Part shown: positions 7,801-14,344 of the stretch, in pieces
Layout: every line of letters starts with the position of its first letter
How positions within the stretch are numbered: position 1 is the stretch's first letter
Translations under genes and position numbers: made by a program
DNA from: a virus
Taxonomy: Duplodnaviria; Caudoviricetes
Virus record (IMG/VR): IMGVR_UViG_3300020016_000021
Location: 1 to 41,477 of that record
Length of the DNA: 41,477 nucleotides
Reading direction: 5' to 3' (one strand)
Notes under the pieces: generated by a model
The model's database searches: none
What the model was told of the DNA's origin: nothing
The model's input: the letters and a program-made list of their open reading frames with translations, nothing else

Positions 7801-9150
7801 GTGGCACTCCAGAACCGCATGACGCTCAACGGGTGGGCCGTAGATGACGTGCTCCTGCGCGAGCGGGTTGCGCACGAGGACGCGCAGCGAGCGGCCGCCG
7901 TGCAGACGCTGGCCGATGAGTACGGCATGCCGACGCACAAGCCGGACCGGTACAAGCTGCTGCCGAAGCGGGACTGGCAGGAGCACATGCGCGCCATGTC
8001 CATCACGGATGCCCGCGCGCTGCTGGTCAACGAGCCGCAGGCGGCTGTGGATCGGGGCATGGCCGAGCGGATCCCCGGCGAGCGGTACGACGCTCCGTGG
8101 GCCACCGACGTGGGCCGCGACGCCATCGAGCAGGCGTTCCGGGACGCGGGGGCGACCCACCTGCCCAGGACCAAGACAGGCGCCCTGGCGATGAGCTCCG
8201 ACGCGCTCGGTGACGAGCCCTGGTTCAACCCGGCCAAGGGCAAGTCGCAGCCCGGGCTGATGCAGCACTACGCGGGCAACGAGGCGATCGGCCGGGTGGC
8301 CGAGCTCGTGCTGCAGGCGACCGGGGCGCGGCGCAAATACGCCGAGCTGTCGAACTGGCTGACGGAGCACGGCCGCGTGCACGCATGGATCGGTGCCGCG
8401 CAGGGCAGCGGCCGGTGGGCGCACATCAAGCCGGGCATCTCCACCATGGGCAAGCGCGGCGCAGGCGCGGCCGAGCGCGACGTCATGGTGGCCGACCCGG
8501 GCCACGTCCTGATCACCTGCGACCTCTCGCAGGTGGACCTGCGGGCCATGGCGGGACTGTCCCAGGACGCGGCGTACATGGAAATCCTGCAGCCGGGCCG
8601 TGACGCGCACATGGAAATGGCAGGGGTGTACTTCGGGGTGCGCAACGCCGACACGCGGCAAAAGACGAAGGCGTTCAACCATGCGGGCAACTACGGGCAG
8701 GGCCCGAAGGCCGTCTCGGAGCGCACGGGTATCCCCCTGGCCAAGTGCTACGAGATCCGGGACGCGAAGGCCGAGGCATACCCCCGGCTGGCCGAGTACA
8801 TCGAGGAGATCCGGGAGGAGGCTGCGTCCGGCCGCCTGCTGGACAACGGGTTCGGGCGCCTGATGCGACCTGACCCCGAGCGGGCATACACCCAGGGCCC
8901 GGCCCTGATGGGCCAGGGCGCGGCCCGGGACATCATGTGCGAGTCGCTGCTGCGGCTGGTGCGGTCCTACCCGGGCGTGCGGCCGTACCTGCGGGCCATC
9001 GTTCACGACGAAGTGGTGCTGTCGGTCCCCGAGCAGGACGCGGACATGTGGCGGCTGAACCTGGAACAGGCGTTCACATGGGAGTGGCGCGGGGTTCCGA
9101 TCCTGTGCGACGTCTCCAAGGCGGCTTTCCGCTGGTCGGAGTGCAAGTGA
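4882..9150 (+). CDS. Fused TOPRIM (DUF3854-like) primase / D5-P4-type SF3 helicase / 3'-5' exonuclease / family A DNA polymerase
   Basis: TEGMKK, CFDAD, KGVDD (TOPRIM); GGGSNGKST (Walker A); FDLET, GHNILGFD, YLRGD (Exo I-III); DLSQVDLR, KAFNHAGNYG, IVHDE (Pol motifs A, B, C). Confidence 0.92.
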   Translation: MEITVALSEEHYCEVTLDSAISPDVAISRGYRTLTGTGEDRDLLNELGFKPYVWNRDDAYPGLLIPMHDASGAVNGHQFKPAVPRTGKLKQDGTYAVVKYESPKGSHNVIDVPEYTRSVLADTSVPLWFTEGMKKTDALVSQGRAALGLTGVFNWKDRVNGIVGDWEAIPLKGRPALVCFDADAAANRFVQLAMGRLGNWLKSKGATTVGYVIVPTHVGEQPVKGVDDFFAAGGTLEELEKVTSTTPPGASEKDAAFTDAFLVEDLADALTGQFCWAAGLSWLRWNGQVWKAVSDVEPLEAVRLWASAQFDAVCDEQKRDRSKPLDAKISGWRAVLGRARLTSLRDLSRGLLQRDSAEFDGDPDLLTVGNGTVHLPTGKLLPFNPEHCITKQASADYRADARHPSWDTALRAVPEDMHEWFQDRLGQSLTGYMTPDHMMVIAHGGGSNGKSTVMEVVRKTLADYAVLVSDRVLMASPDAHPTELMDFRGARYALMEETPEARHLNVQRLKQTVGTPTIKARRIRMDPVEFIASHSLFINTNYRPTVTETDHGTWRRLSLMPWPFTFRKPGQPLTGPYDRVGDPALAYAAGDAAVRSAALAWMVAGARAWYERGRMMLPVPERVERETRDWRAETDLVLGFTDDMLRFTPEAFVQTQDMLKAFNDWSADRGHRPWNDRTFASRFGAHDAVRAAKVTQGRFSVGGKQQRGWMGVEIKTNGIDPWTGERDEPPAPDLAPNEFMHEGDVWEITEVPREVSPLAPDACATCSDYRCTGCSGDPVTLGFDLETADADKLFTGGHEGPFVRLLGLVEDGTGGPFKDGTAIGRSADALIGSLDSADVIYGHNILGFDLLALAHHHGADYDALAAKAVDTQVLAKLIDPPLSKGMPNGYYGLDQVAQRLGHEGKTDNLRDLAKRYGGYDRIPLDSREYQDYLRGDLAATRAVYEGLRMLRMGAEGSSPDNRTIAHAEREMEIVALQNRMTLNGWAVDDVLLRERVAHEDAQRAAAVQTLADEYGMPTHKPDRYKLLPKRDWQEHMRAMSITDARALLVNEPQAAVDRGMAERIPGERYDAPWATDVGRDAIEQAFRDAGATHLPRTKTGALAMSSDALGDEPWFNPAKGKSQPGLMQHYAGNEAIGRVAELVLQATGARRKYAELSNWLTEHGRVHAWIGAAQGSGRWAHIKPGISTMGKRGAGAAERDVMVADPGHVLITCDLSQVDLRAMAGLSQDAAYMEILQPGRDAHMEMAGVYFGVRNADTRQKTKAFNHAGNYGQGPKAVSERTGIPLAKCYEIRDAKAEAYPRLAEYIEEIREEAASGRLLDNGFGRLMRPDPERAYTQGPALMGQGAARDIMCESLLRLVRSYPGVRPYLRAIVHDEVVLSVPEQDADMWRLNLEQAFTWEWRGVPILCDVSKAAFRWSECK

Positions 9151-9155
9151 AGTCA

Positions 9156-9216
9156 GGGGTTGACACACCGGCCGCCCTCCCGTAGATTTAAGTCATCGAG
9201 AGGGCGTCGGGCCCGA
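9156..9216 (+). promoter_or_regulatory. Conserved early promoter, copy 3, with shared leader
   Basis: TTGACA 9160-9165, N17, TAGATT 9183-9188, then TAAGTCATCGAGAGGGCGTCGGGCCCGA. Confidence 0.85.
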
Positions 9217-9232
9217 TCGGGGAGAGGGAGCC

Positions 9233-9901
9233 ATGAATTGGAACACCACGAAGACCGGGAAGCTCTACCACAGCTTCACCAACGGGCACGCGGTCTGCAA
9301 CCCCCGCATTCGGGACACCAGCTACGCCGAAGCTCTTGACTCGGCCGAGAAGGTTCACGAGCGGGTTGCCTCCCTTCTCAACGGCACTCGGATCTGCGAC
9401 AAGTGCGAGCAGAGTGAGATCCGTGCCCAGCTGCGGCGGGAGACCGCCCCGGCCGTCACCCCCCGGGCCCTGGTGAAGCCGGACGTCCAGGCAGAGGTCA
9501 TCGAGGCTCTGGCCATCCTGCGGAAGTTTGTCAGGAACAGCCCCTTCCGTGGTGCCGAGGCGGAAGCAATCAACATCCTCGACAACGCGGGGGTCTTCAC
9601 GGCCATCGACGAAGCCACTGGGTACGACATCGACCCGGCGCCCGAGCGGGTGTCGAAGTGCACGTGCCCTGAGCTGGACGATCGGGACGGGAGCCATCTG
9701 CACGGCTGCCCCGGCGACCCGGCCGAGTGGGGCGACGCGGCGTTCGTGGACGACCGGACCAACCACGCCAACAACGTCGGTGCCCCGTGGGGTCCGACCC
9801 GAGTACTCGGTGAGGACGACATGCATGACGTCGCTCGCCGGATCAAGGCCCGTCAGAACGACTGCGGGTTTCACTTCAAGAACAAGAGGAGCGCATTCTG
9901 A
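9233..9901 (+). CDS. Hypothetical protein with Cys/His clusters
   Basis: 222 aa, GGGAG RBS, H..C and CDKC, CTC..HLHGC motifs. Confidence 0.75.
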   Translation: MNWNTTKTGKLYHSFTNGHAVCNPRIRDTSYAEALDSAEKVHERVASLLNGTRICDKCEQSEIRAQLRRETAPAVTPRALVKPDVQAEVIEALAILRKFVRNSPFRGAEAEAINILDNAGVFTAIDEATGYDIDPAPERVSKCTCPELDDRDGSHLHGCPGDPAEWGDAAFVDDRTNHANNVGAPWGPTRVLGEDDMHDVARRIKARQNDCGFHFKNKRSAF

Positions 9902-10056
9902 TGAGTGATCTCGAAGCGCAGATGGCGGCAGAGGCAGCCCGCGCAGAGGCAGCGAGGCTGGCAGCCGAGGCAGCCGCCGCGCAGGCCCTGAGGGACGCGC
10001 AGGCAGCGTTGGACCAGAGCGGGGTTTCGATCCCGCCGGGAGCCTGGGGGCACTGA
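9901..10056 (+). CDS. Ala-rich helical 51-aa protein (MSDLEAQMAAEAARAEAARL...)
   Basis: TGATG overlaps at both ends, GAGGAG RBS; below the ORF-track cutoff. Confidence 0.65.
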   Translation: MSDLEAQMAAEAARAEAARLAAEAAAAQALRDAQAALDQSGVSIPPGAWGH

Positions 10057-10217
10057 TGGCTGACACCGGAGCACCGCGTTACCCGGTCATCATCGTCACC
10101 GATACCGGGGCCCCGGACGGATTAGTCAACGTCCACAACGAGGCAACCGGCCAGACCGTCCAGGCCCCGGCCACGGTAGAGGGCTACCTCTCCGCCATCC
10201 GGGACATGGGCAAGTAG
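10056..10217 (+). CDS. 53-aa hypothetical protein (MADTGAPRYPVIIVTDTGAPDGL...)
   Basis: TGATG coupling; ends immediately before a terminator hairpin; contains a TTA codon. Confidence 0.65.
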   Translation: MADTGAPRYPVIIVTDTGAPDGLVNVHNEATGQTVQAPATVEGYLSAIRDMGK

Positions 10218-10222
10218 CACGA

Positions 10223-10263
10223 CAAGAGGCCCGCCCCCAGATGAAGTAGGGGCGGGCCTCTTG
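10223..10263 (+). terminator. Intrinsic terminator-like hairpin
   Basis: 15-bp perfect stem CAAGAGGCCCGCCCC / GGGGCGGGCCTCTTG. Confidence 0.75.
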
Positions 10264-10299
10264 AATCCGACTCGCAGGAACATCATACGGGAGGTCAGC

Positions 10300-11937
10300 G
10301 TGAGCGAGAAGAGGCAGTGCCCCGAGTGCAAGGGGGAGTACACGGTCAACAAGGACAGCAGCCTGCGCAAGCACAAGCGTACCGACGGGTCTGAGTGCGG
10401 CGTGTCAGCCCCAGCGCCTACCGTGGCAGACGACAGGGACGACGACCCGGCGGCGCAGGAGCTCCTCGCGATCCTGCCGTTGGAAGGAGACGATGTGGAC
10501 TTCGACGACCCGGCCCCGGCGCACCTGCCCGTGATCAAGGGCCCCTGGTTCGGAGCGAACTACGCGGGCCGGTGCAGCAGCTGCGCGGACGCGATCTACG
10601 AGGGCGACCGCATCCGGTCGGACGGCCAGGGCGGGTACGAGTGCGAGGACTGCGGGGAGGACCCCGAGCGGATCGTGGCCGTGACGGAACGGGCCAGCGA
10701 CTGGCAGGGACAGGCGTCGGCCGCCGCGAAGCGCCACGTGGCGCTCCAGACGCTTGCGGCGGAGGGTCCCTCGGGCGACATGGCCTCGCTGGCCTTTGAG
10801 CGGGAGCAGGCGGCTGCGGCCCTCCTTGCCGACGAGTTCGACGACCCGGCCATGCCGGAGCAGCCCAAGCCCGTCATGAGCGTCTCGGGCCAGCCCAAGA
10901 AGGTGCTGCGGGACCACCTCGGGCGCTACGCCGTGGTGCTGCCGGGTCATACCGAGCTCGAGGTCTACAAGAGCTCCGGCAACCCGGTCGGCCGGACCCG
11001 GGCCACGACGTTCAACAAGTCGGCCACGGACAAGAAGAACATCAATGACTGGGGCAAGCGCAACGTCCTGATCGGCGCATCCCGGCGCCGCGACCTCGTG
11101 CTGCAGGCAGTGGGGCTGACGCACGAGTACGACAAGGACCGGCTGAACGCCCTCGTGGTGCAGCTCGAGGAGACCGCCGGATCGAAGGTCGGCAGCGATC
11201 TCGGTACGTACCTGCATGAGTTCACCGAGTACATGGACGCGGGGCTGAAAGGGCCTGGCGACGCCCCCCACGAGTTTCAGGCGTCGCTGTGGGCGTACGA
11301 ACGGGCGCTTGCCAACGCGGGGCTCGAGCCGATCCGCAGCCTGATCGAGCGGACCACGATCATCCGGGAGTACGGGTGGGTCTGCGGGACGTTCGACCGG
11401 GTCTTCTTCCACCGGCCGTCCGGGCAGTACATCATCGGCGACTTGAAGACCGGCAAGACCATGGACTACGGCAAGAACGAGACCGAGACGCAGCTGTGGA
11501 CCTACGCCCACGGTGTGAACCAGAACGGCATCTACGACTGGAACACGCGGACGTGGGAGGAGCCCCACACGCTGGACGACGTGAACGTCCGGCTGGAGGT
11601 CTCCGAGACGGTCGGTGTCGTCGTCCACATGCCCGTCCAGGGGCCGCAGGAAGGCACCGTGCAACTCCTGTGGGCTGACCTCGAGAGCGGGCGTGCGCAC
11701 GCAGAGGTATGCGCGGCCGTGAGCGCGCGGCCGAAAGGGAAGATGAAGGCGTGGGGTGACGGTCCGGCACCGCTTGCTCCGCCGGAGTTTCCGTGGGAAC
11801 TGCGGTTCGCTGAGGTGACCACGCAGGCCGAGGCAACCACCTTGTGGCGTCTGGCGAAGCATGAGGGGATCGCGGGCGTCCGGCTGAACGAGCTGATCGC
11901 GATTGCCCGGCTGGCCCTGGCAGAATCTTCTTTCTGA
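10300..11937 (+). CDS. PD-(D/E)XK (RecB/Cas4-like) exonuclease with N-terminal zinc-ribbon modules
   Basis: GTYLHEFTE, CGTFDRV, IGDLKTGK, QLWTYA; N-terminal CPEC..HK..C and CSSC..CEDC; GGAGG RBS before GTG 10300. Confidence 0.85.
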   Translation: MSEKRQCPECKGEYTVNKDSSLRKHKRTDGSECGVSAPAPTVADDRDDDPAAQELLAILPLEGDDVDFDDPAPAHLPVIKGPWFGANYAGRCSSCADAIYEGDRIRSDGQGGYECEDCGEDPERIVAVTERASDWQGQASAAAKRHVALQTLAAEGPSGDMASLAFEREQAAAALLADEFDDPAMPEQPKPVMSVSGQPKKVLRDHLGRYAVVLPGHTELEVYKSSGNPVGRTRATTFNKSATDKKNINDWGKRNVLIGASRRRDLVLQAVGLTHEYDKDRLNALVVQLEETAGSKVGSDLGTYLHEFTEYMDAGLKGPGDAPHEFQASLWAYERALANAGLEPIRSLIERTTIIREYGWVCGTFDRVFFHRPSGQYIIGDLKTGKTMDYGKNETETQLWTYAHGVNQNGIYDWNTRTWEEPHTLDDVNVRLEVSETVGVVVHMPVQGPQEGTVQLLWADLESGRAHAEVCAAVSARPKGKMKAWGDGPAPLAPPEFPWELRFAEVTTQAEATTLWRLAKHEGIAGVRLNELIAIARLALAESSF

Positions 11938-11940
11938 CAA

Positions 11941-12000
11941 GGGTTGACAGACCCGCCCGGTAGCTGTAGTTTTAAGTCATCGAGAGGGCGTCGGGCCCGA
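11941..12000 (+). promoter_or_regulatory. Conserved early promoter, copy 4, with shared leader
   Basis: TTGACA 11944-11949, N17, TAGTTT, then TAAGTCATCGAGAGGGCGTCGGGCCCGA (28 nt identical to copy 3). Confidence 0.85.
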
Positions 12001-12019
12001 CCGAGAGACGGAGAACGCG

Positions 12020-12202
12020 ATGAACGAGTACCAGGTCATCTTCAACTACACCTCGGAGATCACCGGCAAGACCGAGGAGGTCGCAGCCGACTACCGCACT
12101 GAGGTGGAGGCGGTCCGCCAGATCAACCACGTGAACCGGGTTTCGAACCTCGAGCTCATCAGCTACAGCGACAACATCAACCCGGCCGCCTTCCGCAGCT
12201 AA
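12020..12202 (+). CDS. 60-aa hypothetical protein
   Basis: GGAG RBS, dedicated promoter, high-GC3 codon usage. Confidence 0.75.
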   Translation: MNEYQVIFNYTSEITGKTEEVAADYRTEVEAVRQINHVNRVSNLELISYSDNINPAAFRS

Positions 12203-12207
12203 TGACA

Positions 12208-12241
12208 GGGGTTGACACCCGGGCTTCGGCCCGGGTAGTCT
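12208..12241 (+). promoter_or_regulatory. Promoter of the structured RNA locus; spacer is a cUUCGg hairpin
   Basis: GGGGTTGACA (TTGACA 12212-12217), N18 = CCCGGG-CTTCGG-CCCGGG, TAGTCT 12236-12241. Confidence 0.75.
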
Positions 12242-12245
12242 CCCT

Positions 12246-12850
12246 CTTGTCGGGCCAAGAGGGCGCGATGATGGGGCGCAAGACCTCGGCGGAGGGTAAT
12301 CGTGGCGGGTGTTGGCAGAGTGGCCGAATGCAGCCCGGCAGGAGTCGGGTAGTGAAGGTGGAATGCGTTCCGCCGGAACCATGGGTTCGAATCCCATACA
12401 CCCACAGGAGTCAAACGATGATCGGCATTTCGCAGGCCGGACTAGAGACTCCTGGCGACGGCCGTAAAACGTGGCGGGTGCGGGAACCGAAGGGTCATTC
12501 CAGAGGGGGCCGTACGGGGGTCATACCCCGAACACCCACGGATCTACGGACCTCGATATCAGGTAAGGCTACCTACCGGCCAAAGCCCTGGTTCGCTGAG
12601 AGATCCGGTGAGCGTCGGGCCAACTGTCCGGAAGGCCCTTTCGGGGAATGTCCACCCAACCTGATTACGGACTGAGAGGCTGGCCCGGTCGCATTCCAAC
12701 GGGCAACCCCGCACCACCCGACTATCACGCGGGTGGTGCGGGACCAAGGCAGTAAGGGCCCGGCGCCCGAGGGGGCGGGAGTTATTAGTGGACCGGGGAG
12801 CGGGAGGATTGGTACCCCGCACATCAAAACCGAACCAGAGACAGGAAACA
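12246..12850 (+). ncRNA. Candidate ~600-nt structured non-coding RNA (or RNA cluster)
   Basis: No credible CDS; many nested stems (12405-12454, 12470-12540, 12539-12607, 12616-12687, 12709-12741); contains a tRNA-like domain; has its own promoter. Confidence 0.65.
12306..12405 (+). tRNA. Atypical class II-like tRNA or tRNA mimic (8-nt anticodon loop, 30-nt variable region, no encoded CCA)
   Basis: Acceptor GGGTGT/ACACCC; D-arm GCAGAGTGGCCGAATGC; stem GCCCG/CGGGT with loop GCAGGAGT; variable stem GGTGGAA/TTCCGCC; T-arm ATGGG-TTCGAAT-CCCAT. Confidence 0.7.
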
Positions 12851-12855
12851 GAACC

Positions 12856-13353
12856 GTGACTTCTCCCGCAGACTTCCAGGACCCGTCCGCCATCCCGTCC
12901 GAGTTCGCTTCTGCCGACTCCTTCCGGGGGCGGCTCATCCTCATCGAGCCGATCGACTTCGAGCGCGACGTTCCCAACCAGCACAACCCGGGTCAGACCG
13001 CCGACCGCATCACGGCCAACGTCACCACGGTGGACGGCAAGGGTGGTGTGGAACAGTGGAGTAACCGCGTCAAGACAGGCGTCACCCTTCCCGGCCCGGT
13101 GCACACCGGTGTCTGGTTCTCCCAGGACCGCATCGTCAAGGGCGTCTGCCCCGGGCGTCAGCTGCGACAGGGCGCGCGCGTGCTGGCCGTCCTGGAAACG
13201 TACAAGCCGGGCAAGCCTGCCGGTGTCGGCAACCCGTGGGGCCTGACCGCTGCCACCCCGGAGCAGAAGGCGCAGGCCGCGAAGTTCCTGGCCGAGCTGG
13301 CCATCAACGGGGCCAGCGCCCCGGCGGGCGACGATGAGGAGTCGCCCTTCTAG
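12856..13353 (+). CDS. Probable single-stranded DNA-binding protein
   Basis: Beta-rich 165-aa protein ending in an acidic tail GDDEESPF; lies in the replication block. Confidence 0.6.
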   Translation: MTSPADFQDPSAIPSEFASADSFRGRLILIEPIDFERDVPNQHNPGQTADRITANVTTVDGKGGVEQWSNRVKTGVTLPGPVHTGVWFSQDRIVKGVCPGRQLRQGARVLAVLETYKPGKPAGVGNPWGLTAATPEQKAQAAKFLAELAINGASAPAGDDEESPF

Positions 13354-13403
13354 TACTCCCTCTGCGTCGCGTCCCCCCGACGCTCGCGGCGTAGAGGTCG
13401 AGC

Positions 13404-13446
13404 CGAAGCCCCCTCCCTGTCTGGGTGACTCTGGGAGGGGGCTTCG
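13404..13446. terminator. Bidirectional terminator between convergent early and late operons
   Basis: 14-bp perfect stem CGAAGCCCCCTCCC / GGGAGGGGGCTTCG. Confidence 0.8.
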
Positions 13447-13453
13447 CCGTGTT

Positions 13454-13669
13454 CTACCGCAGCACGCCCGGCTGGTCCGGGTCCCCGGTGAACCGACCGG
13501 CCAGACCCTCTACGAGAGCCAGTACGGCGGCCGATCCGGCGACCGCAAGGGCGGCCGTCCAGTGAAAGGTCAGGACGTTGAACGGCTGGTCGGCAAGCAT
13601 CACCGCGAGCAGGCTCGCGAGGAACACGCCGAGCGTCTTGATCACTAGTCGTCTGGCGAAGTCCTTCAT
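13454..13669 (-). CDS. Holin (actinophage two-TM type)
   Basis: 71 aa; F..RLVIKTL, two TM helices, ..HW.AAL..AG.AA..A pattern. Confidence 0.7.
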   Translation of the reverse strand: MKDFARRLVIKTLGVFLASLLAVMLADQPFNVLTFHWTAALAVAGSAAVLALVEGLAGRFTGDPDQPGVLR

Positions 13670-13681
13670 GGTCGTCCCTTC

Positions 13682-14344
13682 CTAGGACTGGGTCATCTTC
13701 AGGATCGTGATCGTGCGTTCACCGATCACGTACTCGGCGACGTCGGGCGTGCTGTCGGCCCGCCACTCAACGCAGAACGCGTCCGTCGTACCGTTCATGA
13801 ACGCCCCGCACGCCACGCTCATCAGCCTTATGCCCCGGTCGTCTACCGATGAGACCGGCAGGTTGTGGCTGGAGCCCGCAAGCCGGGAGGCGATGGTCGT
13901 GGGTGAGGCGGTTGAGCCCTTGCGGATCTGGAGCCCCATGTAGTTCACCGTGGCACCGGCGACCGTCAGGGGCGGAACACCCACAGTGGCGATGGCGAAG
14001 TAGTAGCCGGGATCGTCCGGGAAGATCAGCCGGTTGCCGATCTCCTGCGACTGCAGGATGACGTTGGCCGTGTTGAAGTCCTCGGTATCGAACGGCACCC
14101 GGTAGAAGGAGTCCGTGGGCGGCGGCGAGAGGGGCGCGGAGGTGGACGGTGAGGCGAACGTCCCGGTCCCCCGGAAGCGGGCCACGGGACGGCCCCCCAG
14201 CCCCGCACGGATGCCGCAGACGTCCGCGTCGATGGCCTCGGCCAGCTTCTGCAGGTCGCCCGGGTTGTCGGGGCTGCCCGCGATGTGAAGCGGGTCGGCC
14301 GCGAGCGGGTACGGGTACGCGCGGTTGGGTGTGGTCGCGGGCAT
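13682..14344 (-). CDS. Minor tail / receptor-binding protein
   Basis: N-terminal TPNRAYPYP..DP..LQKLAEAID; beta-rich C-terminus; position in tail module. Confidence 0.7.
   Translation of the reverse strand: MPATTPNRAYPYPLAADPLHIAGSPDNPGDLQKLAEAIDADVCGIRAGLGGRPVARFRGTGTFASPSTSAPLSPPPTDSFYRVPFDTEDFNTANVILQSQEIGNRLIFPDDPGYYFAIATVGVPPLTVAGATVNYMGLQIRKGSTASPTTIASRLAGSSHNLPVSSVDDRGIRLMSVACGAFMNGTTDAFCVEWRADSTPDVAEYVIGERTITILKMTQS

Noticed and set aside
7200-9150. DpoZ-type polymerase for a 2-aminoadenine genome
   Set aside because: No purZ or nucleotide-modification genes are recognisable in the window
4963-9168. 1401-aa antisense ORF, and the many other long shadow ORFs opposite real genes
   Set aside because: Typical artefact of high-GC codon bias; no motifs or RBS, and it mirrors the replicase
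10019-10036. T-arm-like hairpin GCGGGG-TTTCGA-TCCCGC
   Set aside because: Lies inside a coupled CDS and has no acceptor stem
10300-11937. Cas4-like nuclease as evidence of a CRISPR system
   Set aside because: No repeat-spacer array or other cas genes; such nucleases are common phage recombination exonucleases
12202-12675. 157-aa ORF (and overlapping ORFs) across the structured RNA region
   Set aside because: Starts upstream of the promoter, runs through the tRNA-like domain, has atypical codon usage and no RBS
12400-12850. Identification as RNase P RNA, tmRNA, hammerhead or group I intron
   Set aside because: I could not find the diagnostic cores (GAGGAAAGUCC, Ala-type G3:U70 acceptor with tag ORF, CUGANGA/GAAA, P7 motifs); needs cmscan
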